The notes beneath the pieces are model-generated. The model was not told where the DNA came from and did no database searches. It saw nothing but the letters and a program-made list of their open reading frames with translations. Positions 37,047 through 50,990 of a stretch of 64,000 nucleotides of DNA are shown here, piece after piece; the first letter of the stretch is position 1; each line of letters opens with the position of its first letter. The DNA is from Scyliorhinus canicula (taxonomy: Eukaryota). The translations under genes and the position numbers were made by a program. Location: assembly GCF_902713615.1 (NCBI RefSeq), contig NW_024055891.1, positions 1 through 64,000 on the forward strand. Reading direction: 5' to 3'.

Positions 37047-38261
37047 TCACTGTAGTCCATTGTGAACTCGCTGGTGTTTGCACAGGGTGGATGAGGTAGT
37101 AAATCCCATCCCACACTCTGGGCAGGCGAATGGTCTCTCCCCAGTGTGAACGCGTTGGTGTCGCAGCAGTGTGGATGACTGAGTGAATCCTCTCCCACAT
37201 TTGGAGCAGGTGAATGGCCTCTCCCCAGTGTGAATTCTCTGGTGTGCAGTGAGTTGTTCTGCTCCCCTGAACCCTGTCTCGCAGTGAGAGCATCTGAACG
37301 GTCTCTCGTCAGTGTGAACGCGTTGATGGCGGATCAGTTCCCCAGAACGTTTATAGCACTTTTCACAGTCTGGACATTTAAATGGTCTCTCTGTGGTGTG
37401 AACACGTTGATGACACATCAGTTCCCGGGGACTTTTATAGCACTTTAGACAGTCTGGACATTTAAACGGTCTCTCATCAGTGTGAACACTCTGGTGTTTC
37501 AGCAGGGTGGATAAATCAGTGAATCTGTTCCCACACTCTGAGCAGGGGAATGGTCTCTCCCCAGTGTGAACTCGCTGGTGCGTCAGCAGTGCAGATGACT
37601 GAGTAAATTGCTTCCCACACTCTGAGCAGGTGAACGGTCTTTCCCCAGTGTGAATACGTAGATGTACAGTGAGTTCTTCTGATCGCCTGAACCCAGATCC
37701 ACAGTGAGAGCACTTGAACGGTCTCTCATCAGTGTGAACAAGTTGATGACGCATTAGGTCCAGGGAACTTTTATAGCACTGCCCACAGTCTGGGCATTTA
37801 AAAGGTCTCTCCTCAGTGTGAATTCGCTGGTGTTTCAGCAGGTTGGATGACTGAGCGAATCCCTTCCCACACTTGGAGCAGGTGAATGGCCTCTCCCCAG
37901 TGTGAACTCGCTGGTGCGTCAGCAGCCCTGATGTGCGAGTGAATCCCTTCCCACACTCGGGGCAGATGAATGGTTTGTCCCCACTATGAACTCGCTGGTG
38001 TCTCAGCAGCTGGGAGGATTGGGTGAATCCCCTCCCACACTGTGGACAGGTGAATGTTCTCTCCACACTGTGAACCCACTGGTGTTGCAGCAGGTTGGAT
38101 GATCGAGCGAATCCCTTCCCACACTCAAAACAGGTGAACGGCCTCTCCCCAGTGTGACTGCGACGATGAGATTCCAACTCAGATGGGGATTTAAATCCCT
38201 CCTCACAGTCTCCACATTTCCAGGGTTTCTCCTCACTGTGATTGTTGCCGTTTTCTTCCAT
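37047..38261 (-). CDS. C2H2 zinc-finger protein ZNF-6, 14 fingers (MEGK/MEEN subfamily)
   Basis: 404-aa ORF with 14 fingers; shares [11 protein letters not shown] and CSHC-FRRS finger types and upstream intron with ZNF-3. Confidence 0.92.
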   Translation of the reverse strand: MEENGNNHSEEKPWKCGDCEEGFKSPSELESHRRSHTGERPFTCFECGKGFARSSNLLQHQWVHSVERTFTCPQCGRGFTQSSQLLRHQRVHSGDKPFICPECGKGFTRTSGLLTHQRVHTGERPFTCSKCGKGFAQSSNLLKHQRIHTEERPFKCPDCGQCYKSSLDLMRHQLVHTDERPFKCSHCGSGFRRSEELTVHLRIHTGERPFTCSECGKQFTQSSALLTHQRVHTGERPFPCSECGNRFTDLSTLLKHQSVHTDERPFKCPDCLKCYKSPRELMCHQRVHTTERPFKCPDCEKCYKRSGELIRHQRVHTDERPFRCSHCETGFRGAEQLTAHQRIHTGERPFTCSKCGRGFTQSSTLLRHQRVHTGERPFACPECGMGFTTSSTLCKHQRVHNGLQ

Positions 38262-38734
38262 GTTAAAAATTCATCGATATACAGTTTGCAACTAAGTGGG
38301 GAACTCTGTCCGATTATGACGTGGTTTGCTTTGTGTTTGTTGATTGCAAATCCTCCCCTTCGCACACCCTGTGAAATTGATTTAAAACAGAAAACAGGGA
38401 GTGAGAGAGAACCCACAAAAATACAAAGGCAGGTTCTGAAATTGAGCTGAATGGATCTGGTCATTTGTGGGGCCGGCACCAAGAAAAAATGACCATGAAA
38501 GCTACTGGATTGTTGTAGAAAAACAACTGGTTCATCAATGTCTTTCAGGGAAGGGAACTTGCCACCGCTGTGAACCGAGACAAGACTCTGACGTCTGTAA
38601 CAACATAATAGGAGAAATAGAACATTCGGCCCATCGAGCCTGCTCCACAATTCAGCACAATCATGGCTGATCTTAATCTTCAACTCCACTTTCCCATCAG
38701 CTCCCCAGATCCTTTTGACTTCCCAAGAGACCAA

Positions 38735-38990
38735 AATAATAATAATCTTTACTATTGTCACAAGTAGGTTTACATTAACACTGCAATGAAGTTGTTGTGA
38801 AAAGTCCTTAGTCGCCACATTCCGGTGCATGTTGGAGAATTCTCAGGGAGAATTCGGAATGTTCCCCAAACGGAACTTATTTGGGACTTGTGGGAGGACA
38901 TGCCTGCAGACACAGGGAGAACAAGCGGGAATCAGACATGGGACCATGGCGCTGTGAAGCAACAGTGCTAACTACTGTACCACCATGCCG
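38735..38990 (-). mobile_element. V-SINE type B, degenerate
   Basis: Tail and head recognisable. Confidence 0.75.
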
Positions 38991-39469
38991 TCCTCAATTC
39001 CCTCCATCTCAGCCTTAAATATATTCAATGATGGAGCATCCACAACACTACGGGGTAGAGAATTCTGTGATAAGAGAAGCAGAAAGGGGAAGTGAGAGAT
39101 ACAGAGCGAGAATGGGAGCAGTGGGACAGGAAAAGGTGTGGGAGACACAGAGCGATGGAGAGGTATTTTATAAACCTACAACTGAACTACAATTTCCCAA
39201 ACACTCAAACTCCACTTTCTAGATGGACCAGGTCATCTTCGTGACTTGCTTGACATCTGGTCTTGGATTTCCTCTATTTAAATATGGGGCAGAGCGAGAT
39301 CTTGGTCTTCAGTCCCCAGTCCAAATTCGTTAGCCACTGACTCCAGCCCTCTCCCTGGGAATTGTCTGAGGCTGAAGTAAACTATTTACTAATTCCCAAA
39401 CCGAGATTCTGAGCAGACATTCACATCACCAACAGGATCGCCTATTCCCACTATAGCGTGATTGACCCA

Positions 39470-39930
39470 ACTCCAGCCTGGTTTCATGGCGGATCCTATT
39501 GCCCCCAATAAAGATGGCGGCCGTGCATGCGCTCTGCTGTCCAGTGCCCCCCAAAAAGATGGCTCCAACTTCGTCTATTGTGCAAGATGGCGGCTGCAAA
39601 ATCGGTCCGAACACAGGACCTCGAGCTTTTCATTTGTGGTATGAGGCCTTCATCCGGTATTATTAAAGCTTCCCTTCCTGCACCGGGTGTTTATGAAGCC
39701 TTCCCTCTCGCCCACCGCTTCCATTTAACCTCACTTACCTGCTATCTCCAATCAGTTTCTGCTCTTCCTGCAGCTCCGACACCAACACGTCCGACCACTG
39801 CCAACACCCGCACTGCGCACGCTCCAGCAAAAGCGGATGATCTCCTGTGGTGAATATAGGGTATATTCACCCTCTCAATGCATGCTGGGTAGTCACATCA
39901 CCATTACGACGCGATATTGTCGAATACAAA
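39470..39930. promoter_or_regulatory. Putative promoter P4 upstream of ZNF-6
   Basis: Three to four YY1-type AAGATGGC(G)G motifs and NRF1-like GCATGCGC and TGCGCACGC; homologous to the left half of P2. Confidence 0.7.
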
Positions 39931-41068
39931 TTCATTTTACGTGCTCCGATTATAATTTGAACCATAGAAGTAAAAATCTGAAGTCCGCATTATGAATGGT
40001 GGGGGATCTGCTCCATAAAATACAGAGGAGAGGGCTGGCGTAGTTATTGTGATAGATGTTGTTTCCAGCAACATAGGCAGAATACAACAAGAGGTTTACC
40101 TCGGGAGCATGAGCAGCTTAGATTTGAATTACATAGCGGACAAAAAAGTAATACCCTCCAGATTACTATTTGCTTTGAGTAAATGGGGTCAAAATGTCGA
40201 ATGCGTTATTCGTGTGGGAGAAATGACTTTTGATTCAAAAGGCACAAATGAAATGAAATGAAATGAAAATCGCTTATTGTCACGAGTAGGCTTCAAATGA
40301 AGTTACTGTGAAAAGCCCCGAGTCAGGAGTGGGGAAAGAGGGAGTTGTATCATTGGGTTAACCTTCAATTGAACCAGATTGGGACTGGAACCCGGGTGAA
40401 TCACATTAGGGCTGGCGAAAGAGAGATTTAAACAAACCGGTTGGCGATGCAACAGGGTTGAGGTGAGGGGAAAGACTGAAATTTAACGAGCAAAGTCAAA
40501 GTAGCAATACAGGAAATGATAACCAAGTTATCAGATATGTACAAATATAATGCTGCAACAGAGGGTCAGAGTAGGGAAACAGGATAGAAAGAGATTTAAA
40601 TGCTCTCTATCTGAATATACCAGCATTTGTAATAAGATAGATGAACTGATGGCAGAGATAGAAATAAATGTGCATGGTATCGCAAAGTTGCTCAGGTTTG
40701 AAACTGAATATTCTGGGGTAGTTGACAGAGGATAGGACGAGATTAAAGGGTATGGTTAGTTCTGTTGATCACATTTGAGATCAACACAGTGGTGAGAAAT
40801 TATCTTGGCTCAGAAGATGAAAATGTGGAATTAGCTTGTCTGGAGATAAGCAAAATAAGTGTAGTAAGTCACAGTTGTATTTAGTAGTTTAAATGTCACT
40901 TAACAGTAGCAGCCTGTTCGCTTTATAACAGCTGTAGAAATAATAGGGACTTGTGAGAAAGGGAATTGTAGATATTTATAACCAAGAAATGAATTGGATA
41001 ATGTGAAATGGCAGGGGTAGGATTCAGGATGGCTGCATGGTGTATACCCAGGACAGTTTAAGTGAAAG

Positions 41069-41352
41069 GGGGTGGAATGATAGCACAGTGGTTAGCACTG
41101 CTGCTTCACAGCGCCAGGATCCCAGGTTCAATTCCCGGCTTGCGGAGTCTGTGCGGAGTCTACACATTCTCCCCGTGTCTGCGTGGATTTCTTCCGGGCG
41201 CTCCGGCTTCCTCCCGCAAGTCCCAAAGATGTGCTTGTTAGGTGAATTCTCCCTCAGCGTACCCGAACTGGCACCGGAGTGTGGCGACTAGGGGATTTTC
41301 AAAGGAACTTCATTTCAGTGTTAATGAAAGCCTACTGGTGACACTAATAAAG
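41069..41352 (+). mobile_element. V-SINE type B
   Basis: Homologous to 9909-10210. Confidence 0.8.
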
Positions 41353-41359
41353 TTCTTTT

Positions 41360-42100
41360 TTTTTATTCATTCAAGGGATGTGCATTAACAGGCTAGGCCA
41401 ACATTTATTGCTCATCCCTCCTTGACCTCAAGAAGGTGGTGGTGAGCTTCCTTCTTGAACCGCTGAAGTACCCGAGGTATTGGCACACACACACTGCTCT
41501 TAGGAAGGGTGTTTCAGAATTATGACCTAGTGACAGTGAAGGAATGGAAATACAATTCCAAGTTAGGATGGTGAGTGATTTGGAGGTGAACTTCCAGGTG
41601 ATGGTTTTTTCATATATCTGTTGTCATGGATGATAGTGGTTGGGGGTTTGAAAGGTGTTGTGTAAGGAGCTTTAGTAAGTTTCACCAGTGCATATTGTAG
41701 ATGTTACACACTATTGCCACTGTTTGTTAGCAGTGGAAGGAGTGAATATTGTGGATGGGGTGCCAATCAAGTGGGCTGCTTTGTCCTGGATGGTGTCAAG
41801 CTTCTTGCGTGTTGTTGGGAGCTCCACTCAGTCAAATGCAGAATATTCCATCACACTTATGGGCAGCACGATGGTTAGCACTGTTCAGAGGTGGTAATGC
41901 CATTGAATGTCAAGGGGCATTGGTTAGATTCTCTCTTTTTGGAAATGGCCATTGCCTGGCACTTGACTGGCTTGAATGTTACTTGCCACTTATTAACCCA
42001 AGTCTGAATATTGTCCAGGTCTTGTTGCATTTGGAAATGAACAGCTCGAGTATCTGAGGAGTTGTGACTGGCACTGAAAATTGTGCAGTGATCCCCAAGA
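41360..42100 (-). mobile_element. Same third-family LINE fragment
   Basis: MQQDLDNIQTWVNKWQVTFKPVKCQAMAIS. Confidence 0.7.
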
Positions 42101-42319
42101 TAAATAAGTTTATTCAAAGATAATGGTTTACTCAACAACTTAGACATTGACCTTCACAACATCATGCAGGTGACCAATCTGTAGAAGCCTCACCCTCTCA
42201 GGCTCCTTCTCTGACAGCAATTTCTGTGGAACGTGGCCTCGGTAGTCTTTAGCACTTGGCTAACAAGACCTTTGGAGCCTCTATTTTTATCCTACAAAGT
42301 GACCATTATCTCACCATAA

Positions 42320-43435
42320 GACATAGAAGGAGAATTAGGCAACTCAGCCCATCAAGTCTGCTCCACCATTCAAGCATATCTGATATTTTTCTCATCACCA
42401 TTCTCATGCCTTCTCCTCATAACCATTGATCCCCTTGTTAATCAAGAATCGATCTACCTGTGTCTTAAACACACTCTGTGATTTGGCCTCTGTAGCCTTC
42501 TGTGGTATAGAGTTCCAGATTCACCACCCTCTGGCTGAAGAATTTCTGTTTTAAAGGATGGTCCCTTTAGTCTGAGATTGTGTCCACTGGTTCTAGTTTT
42601 TCCTACAAGTGGAAACATCCTCTCCACGTCCATTCTACCCAAGCCTCGCAGTATCCTGTAAGATTCAGTAAGATCCCCCTCATTCTTCTAAACTCCAATG
42701 AGTACAGACCCAGAGTCCTCAACCGTCCCTCATACAACAAGCTCTTCATTCCAGGGATCATTCTTGTGAACCTCCTCTGGACCCTTTCCAAGGCCAGCAC
42801 CTCCTTCCTTAGACGCGGAGCCCAAAACTGCTCATAATACTGCAAATGGGGTCTGATCAGAGCCATATACAGCCTCAGAAGTACATCCTTGGTCTTGTAT
42901 TCTAGCCTCTCAACATGAATACATTGCATTTGCCTTCCTAACTGCCGACTGAACCTGCACGTCAACCTTAAGAGAATCGTGAATAAGGACTCCCAAGTCC
43001 CTTTGTGCTTCTGATTTCGTAAGCATTTCCCCATTTGGAAAATAGTCTATGCCTCCATTCCTCCTTCCAAAGTGCATAACCTCACACTTTTCCACATTGT
43101 ATTCCATCTGTCACTTTTTTACTCACTCTCCTAGCCTGTCCAAATCCTTCTGCAGCCCCCCTCAATACAACCTGTCTCCCTACAGATCTTTGTATTATCT
43201 GCAAACTTAGCAACAGTGCCTCCAGTTCTTTCTTCCAGATCATTAAGGTATATTGTGAAAATTTGTGGTCGTAGCCCAGACGCCCGAGGCAAACCACTGG
43301 CCGCAATCCTGAAAAATATCCCTTTATCAGCCTTCTGCCAGTCAGCCAATCCTCTATCCATGCCAAGATCTTACCATTAACACCATGGGCTCTTAACTAG
43401 TTTAACAGTCTCCTATGTGGCACCTTGTCAAAGGC
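42320..43435 (-). mobile_element. CR1 LINE 3' fragment
   Basis: YLNDL...KFADNTKI, KCEVMHFGRRN, LERVQRRFTRMIPGM. Confidence 0.85.
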
Positions 43436-44604
43436 AAGAGCTGGGCTTGTTGTAACATGAAAATTGGTCAATTTGATCACTAGGTTAATTTATTACTGGA
43501 TGGCAATTACTTTTATCACCATCTTCATTATCTTTGATAGGAATACAATTGAACTGTTTCATACTATCCCTTTATCTGATTCTGTACAGTTCCTTATTCA
43601 TACAGTTTCAAATGGTGAGACGAGTCAGAGTTGGAAGGTCTCTCTTGCAGGTACATTTATCCTCATTGCACATTCTTTACATACACACCAATTAGGCTTT
43701 TACATTTTTATATCAAATAAAACTGAGCCTTTCACTATAACTACTGATTAAGTAATTGTAACTCAATGAAGGCTCACTTCTTACTCAAGCATTACAGACT
43801 GGTAGTTCATTCAAACAGTAATCGACAAAAGAGTTGAAGCTTTTCATCTTCCATTCATCAGGACATTCACAAGAATAGAAAATTTAATTGGAACAACAAT
43901 TTAAACTTCATGAGAAGAGACTGTTGATTTGTTGGTAAGTGGACTCTGATTGGTAGAGGCGTTGCCGCGGAGAGGCGTTGCCACGGAGAGTGTCCCAGTT
44001 AACTGATGAGTCATGCTTTGTTGAAATTCAAACCAGGCAGGTTGACTCTGGTTGAATCAGGGCATTTCCCTGTGGAATGAACCATGTAAAATGTCAAGTT
44101 GCCATAGTCCCAGATGATCATAGAGCTGACTGGTGGTGATTTAACCTGAGGATCACTATCAGGCGAGGGGCAAGATTGAGAAGGAGGGGCCTTCCTGAAT
44201 AACCTCAGCCGGTATGGGGATTGAACCCACGCTGCTGGCCTTGCTCCATGTCACAAGCCCACAGTCCAGCCAATTGAGCACATCTGTCACTATTTTGTTC
44301 AGTTCAAGCATATGTGTTTCCAGCTTCTTCTGTATAGATCAGGGCTCTGTGTATTTACAGATGTAGCTTCTGGAACACAGGAGTGCACCACGCTGAAAGC
44401 CCAAATTATAATCTTAAATTGGGTGCCAGTGTAATTCTTACAACATTCAGGATTGCTTAACAAATATTCTCCAATTGCGGATCACATCTCATGTAGCACA
44501 ATGGGTTTTGCAGCATTCAGCAAAGCCGAATCAAGGTTCATTATGAATAATAATCTAATAATCTTTCTGATTGTCACAAATAGGCTTATATTTCTAAATT
44601 CATT

Positions 44605-45240
44605 TTTATTAGATGTGGGCATTGCTGGTTGGGTCAGCATTTATTGCCCATCCCTAGTTGCCCTTGAGAAAGTGGTGATGAGTTGCTTTCTTCAACCGCT
44701 GCCGTCCTTCAGGTAGGTACACCCACTGTGCTGTAAGGGAGGGAATTCCAGCATTTTGCCCCAGCGACAGTGAAGGAGCGGAGATATATTTCCAAGTTAG
44801 GCTGGTGAGTGACTTGGAGGGGAACCTCCAGGTGGTGGGGTTTCCAGGTATCTGCTGCTCCTGTCCTTCTAGATGGTATTGGTTGTGGGTTTGGAAGGTG
44901 CTGCCTAAGGAACCTTGGTGAGTTACTGCAGTGCATCTTGTCGAGGTACACAAGGTTGCTACTTTTTGTCGGTGGTGCAGGGTTTGAATGTTTTAGGAAG
45001 GGGGGAGCAATCAAGCAGGCTGCTTTGTCCTGGATGGTGTTGAGCTTATTGAGTGCTGTTGGAGCTGCACTCATCCAAGCAAGTGGAGATTATTCCATTC
45101 CACTCCTTACTTGTGCCTTGTAGATAGTAGACAGCCTTTGAGGGGTCGGGAGGTGATTTACTCGCCGTAGGATTTCTAGCCTTTGACCTGCCCTGGTAGC
45201 CACAGTATTAATGTGGCTGCTCCAGTTCAATTTCTGTTTA
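44605..45240 (-). mobile_element. Same third-family LINE 3' fragment
   Basis: MSAAPTALNKLNTIQDKAACLI...KCWNSLP. Confidence 0.7.
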
Positions 45241-46211
45241 ACGCTGCAATGTAGTTACTGTGAAAACTTAATTATCACCTTCATCATCAGTGGCTTTATG
45301 TAGTTTAATAAAGAAGAGTTACTAAATGAAACAGCTGAAAGAAATTGGAGATAAAATGGCTTCCTTGACATTGTTACTTATAACAGTGAATACAATATGA
45401 ACAAGATTAATTTTAAAACTAAAAATGACTCCCCAGGCCTCCCTACATTTTCCCACATTGCAACAGTGATTCCACTTCAAAAGTACTCCATGGGCTGCAA
45501 AATGCTTTGGGAAGCCCTGCGGTCATGAGACGTGTTATAGAAATGCATTTCTTTTCAATGGTCCACAAATTTGCATATGGTACATTTAGTCATTAATAAA
45601 GATTCACGTTTTAATTTTATGAAATAACCATGTCTTTGATACCATGTTGACTACTCTGAAAATCCAAACACTTTCTCCTGAATTATTTGTTTGGAAACAC
45701 AGTGAGGTTTTGTGATTTGGAATCCGCTGCCTGCATTGAGAGACTGTTTTCCAAAAGGAAGGAAATGAAAATTGCAGGGAAAAGGGATTAACTGGGTAGC
45801 TCTTTGAAACAGGCAGCATGATCAGGATGGGCAGAATGGCCACCTCCTAACCTCGTTGTTTTGTCTGCCTCTCAAGTGAGTGGTAATGACCTGGAATACA
45901 CACCCCATGAGTGAGGGAGAAACAGAGATGATGGAATAATTTTGAAAGGACACTTGTGGAAAATACACTTACCGGGATGGAACAGGGAAATGGGACTCAC
46001 TGGATTGTTCTCGAGGAACCAGCAGGAATGTGATGGACTGAATGAGTGGAAATGTGCACTCCCAGGCTCAAAAGAGCATCAGCCCACTGGAAGCAAAGTC
46101 ATGAAATCAGCCAGTCCAGCAGAAGCTCTCTGATCTTCCCTCTTCGCCAACTGTCAGAAAGAACACGGTTTAGTCCTAAATGTGATTAACAGCAGAATCC
46201 AGCCACTGGAA

Positions 46212-46805
46212 TCACTTATGAACTCTCCGGTGTCTCAGCAGATTGGATAACTGAGTGAATCCCTTCCCACACACTGAGCAAGTGAATGGCTTCTCCCCAG
46301 TGTGAACAAGTTGGTGTCTCTGTAGGGCAGATGGATCGCTGAATCCTTTCCTACATTCGGGGCAGGTGAATGGCCTCTCCCCGGTGTGAACGCGTTGGTG
46401 AACAACCAGGTTGCAAGACTGACTGAATCCCCTCCCACATGCAGAGCAGGTGAATGGCCTCTCCCCGGTGTGAACTCGCTGGTGTGTCTGCAGGTGTGAT
46501 GAATTCCTGAATCCCTTCCCACAGTCAGAGCACGTGAATGGCCTCTCCCCAGTGTGAACTCGCTGGTGTGTCAGCAGGTGTGATGAATCCCTGAATCCCT
46601 TCCCACACTCAGAGCAGGTGAACGGCCTCTCCTTGGTATGCACATGCTGATGTTTCCGCAGGGTGGATGAATCACTGAATCCCTTTACACAGACAGAGCA
46701 GGTAAATGGTCTCTCTCCAGTGTGAATGCGTCGATGGGTTTCAAGAGCAGACGGGAACAGAAATCCCTTCCCACAGTCCCTACATTTCCACAGTTTCTCC
46801 ATCAT
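46212..46805 (-). CDS. C2H2 zinc-finger protein ZNF-7, 7 fingers
   Basis: ORF 46212..46838, ATG at 46805 ([11 protein letters not shown]); 7 fingers. Confidence 0.9.
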   Translation of the reverse strand: MMEKLWKCRDCGKGFLFPSALETHRRIHTGERPFTCSVCVKGFSDSSTLRKHQHVHTKERPFTCSECGKGFRDSSHLLTHQRVHTGERPFTCSDCGKGFRNSSHLQTHQRVHTGERPFTCSACGRGFSQSCNLVVHQRVHTGERPFTCPECRKGFSDPSALQRHQLVHTGEKPFTCSVCGKGFTQLSNLLRHRRVHK

Positions 46806-48189
46806 GTGGGGGTCCTTGTGTCTCTCCAGGTTTGACAATCAGCATTGCCCACACATGGAACATGTGTATGGTTTCTCCTCGCTGTGAATGGTGTGATGTT
46901 TCTTCAGGCTGTGTAACTGGTTAAAGTTCTTTCCACAGTCCATTCACTGGAACACTCTCGCTCGAGCGTGTGTGTGTGTCTCGGTGCTTTTCCAGTCACT
47001 GGTGATTAAAATCTTTTGACACAGAAATATTTCACACTCTAGATTCAAAGTCTGATGATATTCAGCTCCCAATGAATCGATTGGCTGTGCTAGATCACGG
47101 CATGACATTTGTTTTGGGATTTGTGATTGAAAATATCTTCCCTTTTAATATCCTATAAAAATAGATTTTCAAAAGTCATCAGTCCAAGTCCAGGATAGAA
47201 ACTCAGAACAGATAATTCTAGTTTCTATGGAAAATTCTTTCCTCTCTTGTTCCCCAAAAGTTGTAAATCACCGTCTCACACACTCTCTGTTCATTCTCAC
47301 TCTGCTGTGCCTGATATACACACTTCCAATTCTCAAGGTGCCATTTATCTAGATCCATGCTCACTACTTCCTTTTCAGCACACAGGGATCGGAAAATCTT
47401 CATGCAAGTAGTTGGTCTAAATTTATAAGTGTATTTTAGTGGGCTCAAGAATGTGTGAGATATTACTTCATTAGATACACAGAGGTGGTTTGATGAAGAC
47501 ATTTATTTTGGCAGTGAGTGATCATTATATGGAACTCACCGTGTCCAAGAATGGCGGAAGAGGAGATCATCAAAAATTCCAAAATGGATATTTAAGGAAA
47601 TAAACCTAGAGGAATGGGGATATAGAGGGGGAATCGGACTGATTTGATTCTCTGCACAGAGTCAGCATGGACTCGAGGTGCTGAATGGACTCCTTCTCCA
47701 CTGTAATGACTGACTGGAAATATGTAACGTAGCTTCGGTACTGTCTGACAGAAGAGAAATAATTATAAATAAACTTTACTGCACAGCCATAAATAATATA
47801 TTTAATATGTACATTACAAGAACTAGATATATTAATGCTCTACAATCTCCATAGGGGCTAATAACCTGAAAATAAACACATTTCCAGAGATCCCCAACTG
47901 TCCAAGAATTTGCAGGTTACGTGGATTGGGCATGTGGAAATTGCCTCTTGGTGTGTAAAGATGCGCATGTAAGGTGGTTTGGTCATGTTACAATTAGCCC
48001 TTGGTGTCCAAGGATATTCAGGTTAACTGAGGTTACAGGGATAAGGCCTAAGTAGGGTACTCTTTCAGAGGGTCAGTGCAGACTCGATAGGTCGAATGGC
48101 CTCCATCTCCACTGTTGGACTTCCATGGATTAAATTGCAGGATAATGTTTTATTTATTTTTTAAATTCAAATAAATAATAAACTTCATC

Positions 48190-48470
48190 AATGTCACAAG
48201 TAGGCTTACATTAACACTGCAATGAAGTTACTGCGAAAGTCGCCACACTCCGGCGTATGTTCGGGTACAGAGGGAGAATTCAGGATGTCGAATTCACCTA
48301 ACAAGCATGTTTTTGGGACTTGTGGGAGGAAACTAGAGCACCTGGAGGAAACCTCTGCAGACACGGGGAGATAGTGCAGACCCAGTGCAGACTCTGCACA
48401 GACAGTGACCCAAGCTGGGAATGGAAACCGGATCCCTGGCACTGTGAAGCAGCAGTGCTAACCACTGTGT
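48190..48470 (-). mobile_element. V-SINE type B
   Basis: Homologous to 9909-10210. Confidence 0.8.
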
Positions 48471-48487
48471 TAACACTGTGTTGACTA

Positions 48488-48670
48488 GGGGCTATCTAGC
48501 ACAGGGCTAAATCGCTGGCTTTGAAAGCTGACCAAGCAGGCCAGCAGCATGGTTCGATTCCCGTAACAGCCTCCCCGAACAGGCGCCGGAATGTGGCAAC
48601 TAGGGGATTTTCACAGTAACTTCATTTGAAGCCTACTCGTGAGAATAAGCGATTTTCATTTCATTTTTCA
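48488..48670 (+). mobile_element. tRNA-derived SINE type D (no V-core, type-B-like tail, (TTTCA)n end)
   Basis: TAGCACAGGG...GGTTCGATTCCC head; minus copy at 18500-18675 with TSD GACATGA; tail-only pieces at ~40245-40325 and ~49155-49235. Confidence 0.8.
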
Positions 48671-48865
48671 ACATGTTGCTCACGTAAATCAACATAAATA
48701 AATCGTGTATTGACTGACAAACAATATTTAAACACAAGGGGATCAGGGCCAAGAGAATGGGAATGAGAAACTTATCAGCCATGATTGAATGACGGAGCAG
48801 ACTTGATGGACCGAATGGCCGAATTCTGCTCCTATATCTAATGGTCTTATGAATGTTGCGGCTAG

Positions 48866-49157
48866 TCGATTCCCGGCTGGGTCACTGTCTGTGCGGAGTC
48901 TGCACGTCCTCCCCCTGTGTGCGTGGGTTTCCTCCGGGTGCTCCGGTTTCCTCCCACAGTCCAAAGATGTGCGGGTTAGGTGGATTGGCCATGATAAATT
49001 GCCCGTAGTGTCCTAATAAAAGTAAGGTTAAGGGGGGGTTGTTGGGTTACGGGTATAGGGTGGATACGTAGGTTTGAGTAGGGTGATCATGGCTCGGCAC
49101 AACATTGAGGGCCGAAGGGCCTGTTCTGTGCTGTACTGTTCTATGTTCTATGTTCTA
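48866..49157 (+). mobile_element. HE1-like V-SINE type A, 5'-truncated
   Basis: Same core and (TGTTCTA)n tail. Confidence 0.85.
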
Positions 49158-49549
49158 GGGGGTTTTCACAGTAACTTCATTTGAAGCCTACTCGTGACAA
49201 TAAGCGATTTTCATTTCATTTCATTTTCATTTCATGGACAGGATAAATTTGACTTTAAATATCTCAGACAATAAAAACAGGTTCCACAAAATGACAGCAT
49301 TTCCCCCTCAGCAGATTTGACTCTAATTCCAGTTCCAGACTCCCACAACTCTCTGTATTTCCCAGAGGGAGAATGAAAGTATTTTACTCACAGATGTTGA
49401 ACAGAGGATGACGTTTTAGCCTGTGTGTGAAGCTAAAAACCAATGCTATGCTGTTTCAAATCAAACTGCAGGACTGGGAAGAAAATGATGGGAAGACATT
49501 TCATATCAAACTGCAGGACTGGGAAGAAAATGATGGGAAGACATTTTGC

Positions 49550-50200
49550 AAAGTCCCCTCCCCCACTCTCTGAGCTGTCGGCCCAGCGCGCAAGCGCAGA
49601 ACGCGCTGCTGTCCGGAGCAGGCGCAGTGCTCCCGATGTCGTTTTGGACCAGCAGCCGCTGTGGAGCTAGGGTGGGTCAGTGAGCGGCTGCTCGCTCTGA
49701 CCGGCAGTCTGGAAACCTTCTTTCCTGGTGGTGTTGGGGGAAAGGGGGGGACAAAGGGTGGAGATAGGGCTACCGTGGCCGCGCGCCAGTGGACGTCATC
49801 GCGGAGCAGAGTGATTTCTATTGGGCGACTCGGGCAGAGTCCTTTGTGACGTTAAAACTCCTCAGAGGGACGTTCCCAGCACACCGTGGTCCATTGGTTC
49901 CAGAAGCTGAATACTGCGGATTGGACAACAGCTCAACACCCGTCTGGAGGTCAAAGTGTCTCCCACCCCCACGTGAGCTCTGGATTTGCTTTCCCATTAT
50001 CTTCATGTAAGGGATTGACCAATGGGAGGAGCTGGATGAACGGAAGCACTCTGAACACCCAGCCAATCAGAACGCGGGCTTTGTGCCAATGGCTGCAGCT
50101 TCCTGGATTGTGTGAATATGGGATTTGTGAAGTTGCTCATTACAGACCAGCAAAGCTGCTGCTCCATCATGAATGAAGATTGGGATTCACACAGACTAAA
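49550..50200. promoter_or_regulatory. Putative bidirectional promoter P5 (ZNF-7 / ZNF-8)
   Basis: CpG cluster with NRF1-like GCGCAAGCGCA, CRE-like GACGTCA and multiple CCAAT/ATTGG boxes between divergent genes. Confidence 0.72.
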
Positions 50201-50668
50201 ACCTCCTCCCGTGTGTAAAATTTGTGAGTAAAATTTTCCCTTCTCCCCATTTTTATTTATTTTCCAATTCTAGGCTTCAATTGTTGACTTGCATGGACTG
50301 GAGGGAAAGGAAGTGAATCCAGGGAGTGTGCAGACTACAGAAAGGTTGGCCCAGGTCTCTTCCTCTCTTAAACACATTAACTTCCTTTTCTCCCTCACAT
50401 TGGCACATTTATTTGTCTGGCTAAAAATGTGGTCTCTTTCCTAATATTCATAATTAAAAGGCGGATTTCCCCTTGAGATGGCTGACATTTAAGGGGACAA
50501 TGAATTAATATGGGACAGAGATATTCTGGTGTTACGTGGTACATATTTGATATATTATTTATGGTTTTGTCTCAATCATTTATTTCCACTTTTAAATTAT
50601 AGTACTGAATGTCTTTATAGTCCTCACGATACAGAGATCAAACAGCAACTCCAGTCTTTATTCACAGA

Positions 50669-50990
50669 GCACAGAACACACAGTGCAGAAGGAGGCCATT
50701 CGGCCCATCGAGACTGCACTGACCCACTTAAGCCCTCACTTCCACCCTATCCCCGTAACCCAATAACCCAATCTAACCTTTTTGGTCACTAAGGGCAATT
50801 TATCATGGCCAATCCACCTAACCTGCACGTCTTTGGACTGTGGGAGGAAACCGGAGCACCCGGAGGAAACCCATGCAGACACAGGGGAGAACGTGCAGAC
50901 TCCGCACAGACAATGACCTAGCGGGGAATCAAACCTGGGACACTGGCGCTGTGAAACTACAGTGCTATTCACTTGTGCTACCGTGCTGCC
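50669..50990 (-). mobile_element. V-SINE type A variant
   Basis: Same head and core; tail GGGCCGAATGGCCTCCTTCTGCACTGT. Confidence 0.85.

Noticed and set aside
38003-38830. 275-aa ORF overlapping the ZNF-6 5' end, and other [15 protein letters not shown] ORFs
   Set aside because: Alternative frames or antisense shadows of finger repeats joined to SINE or intron sequence.
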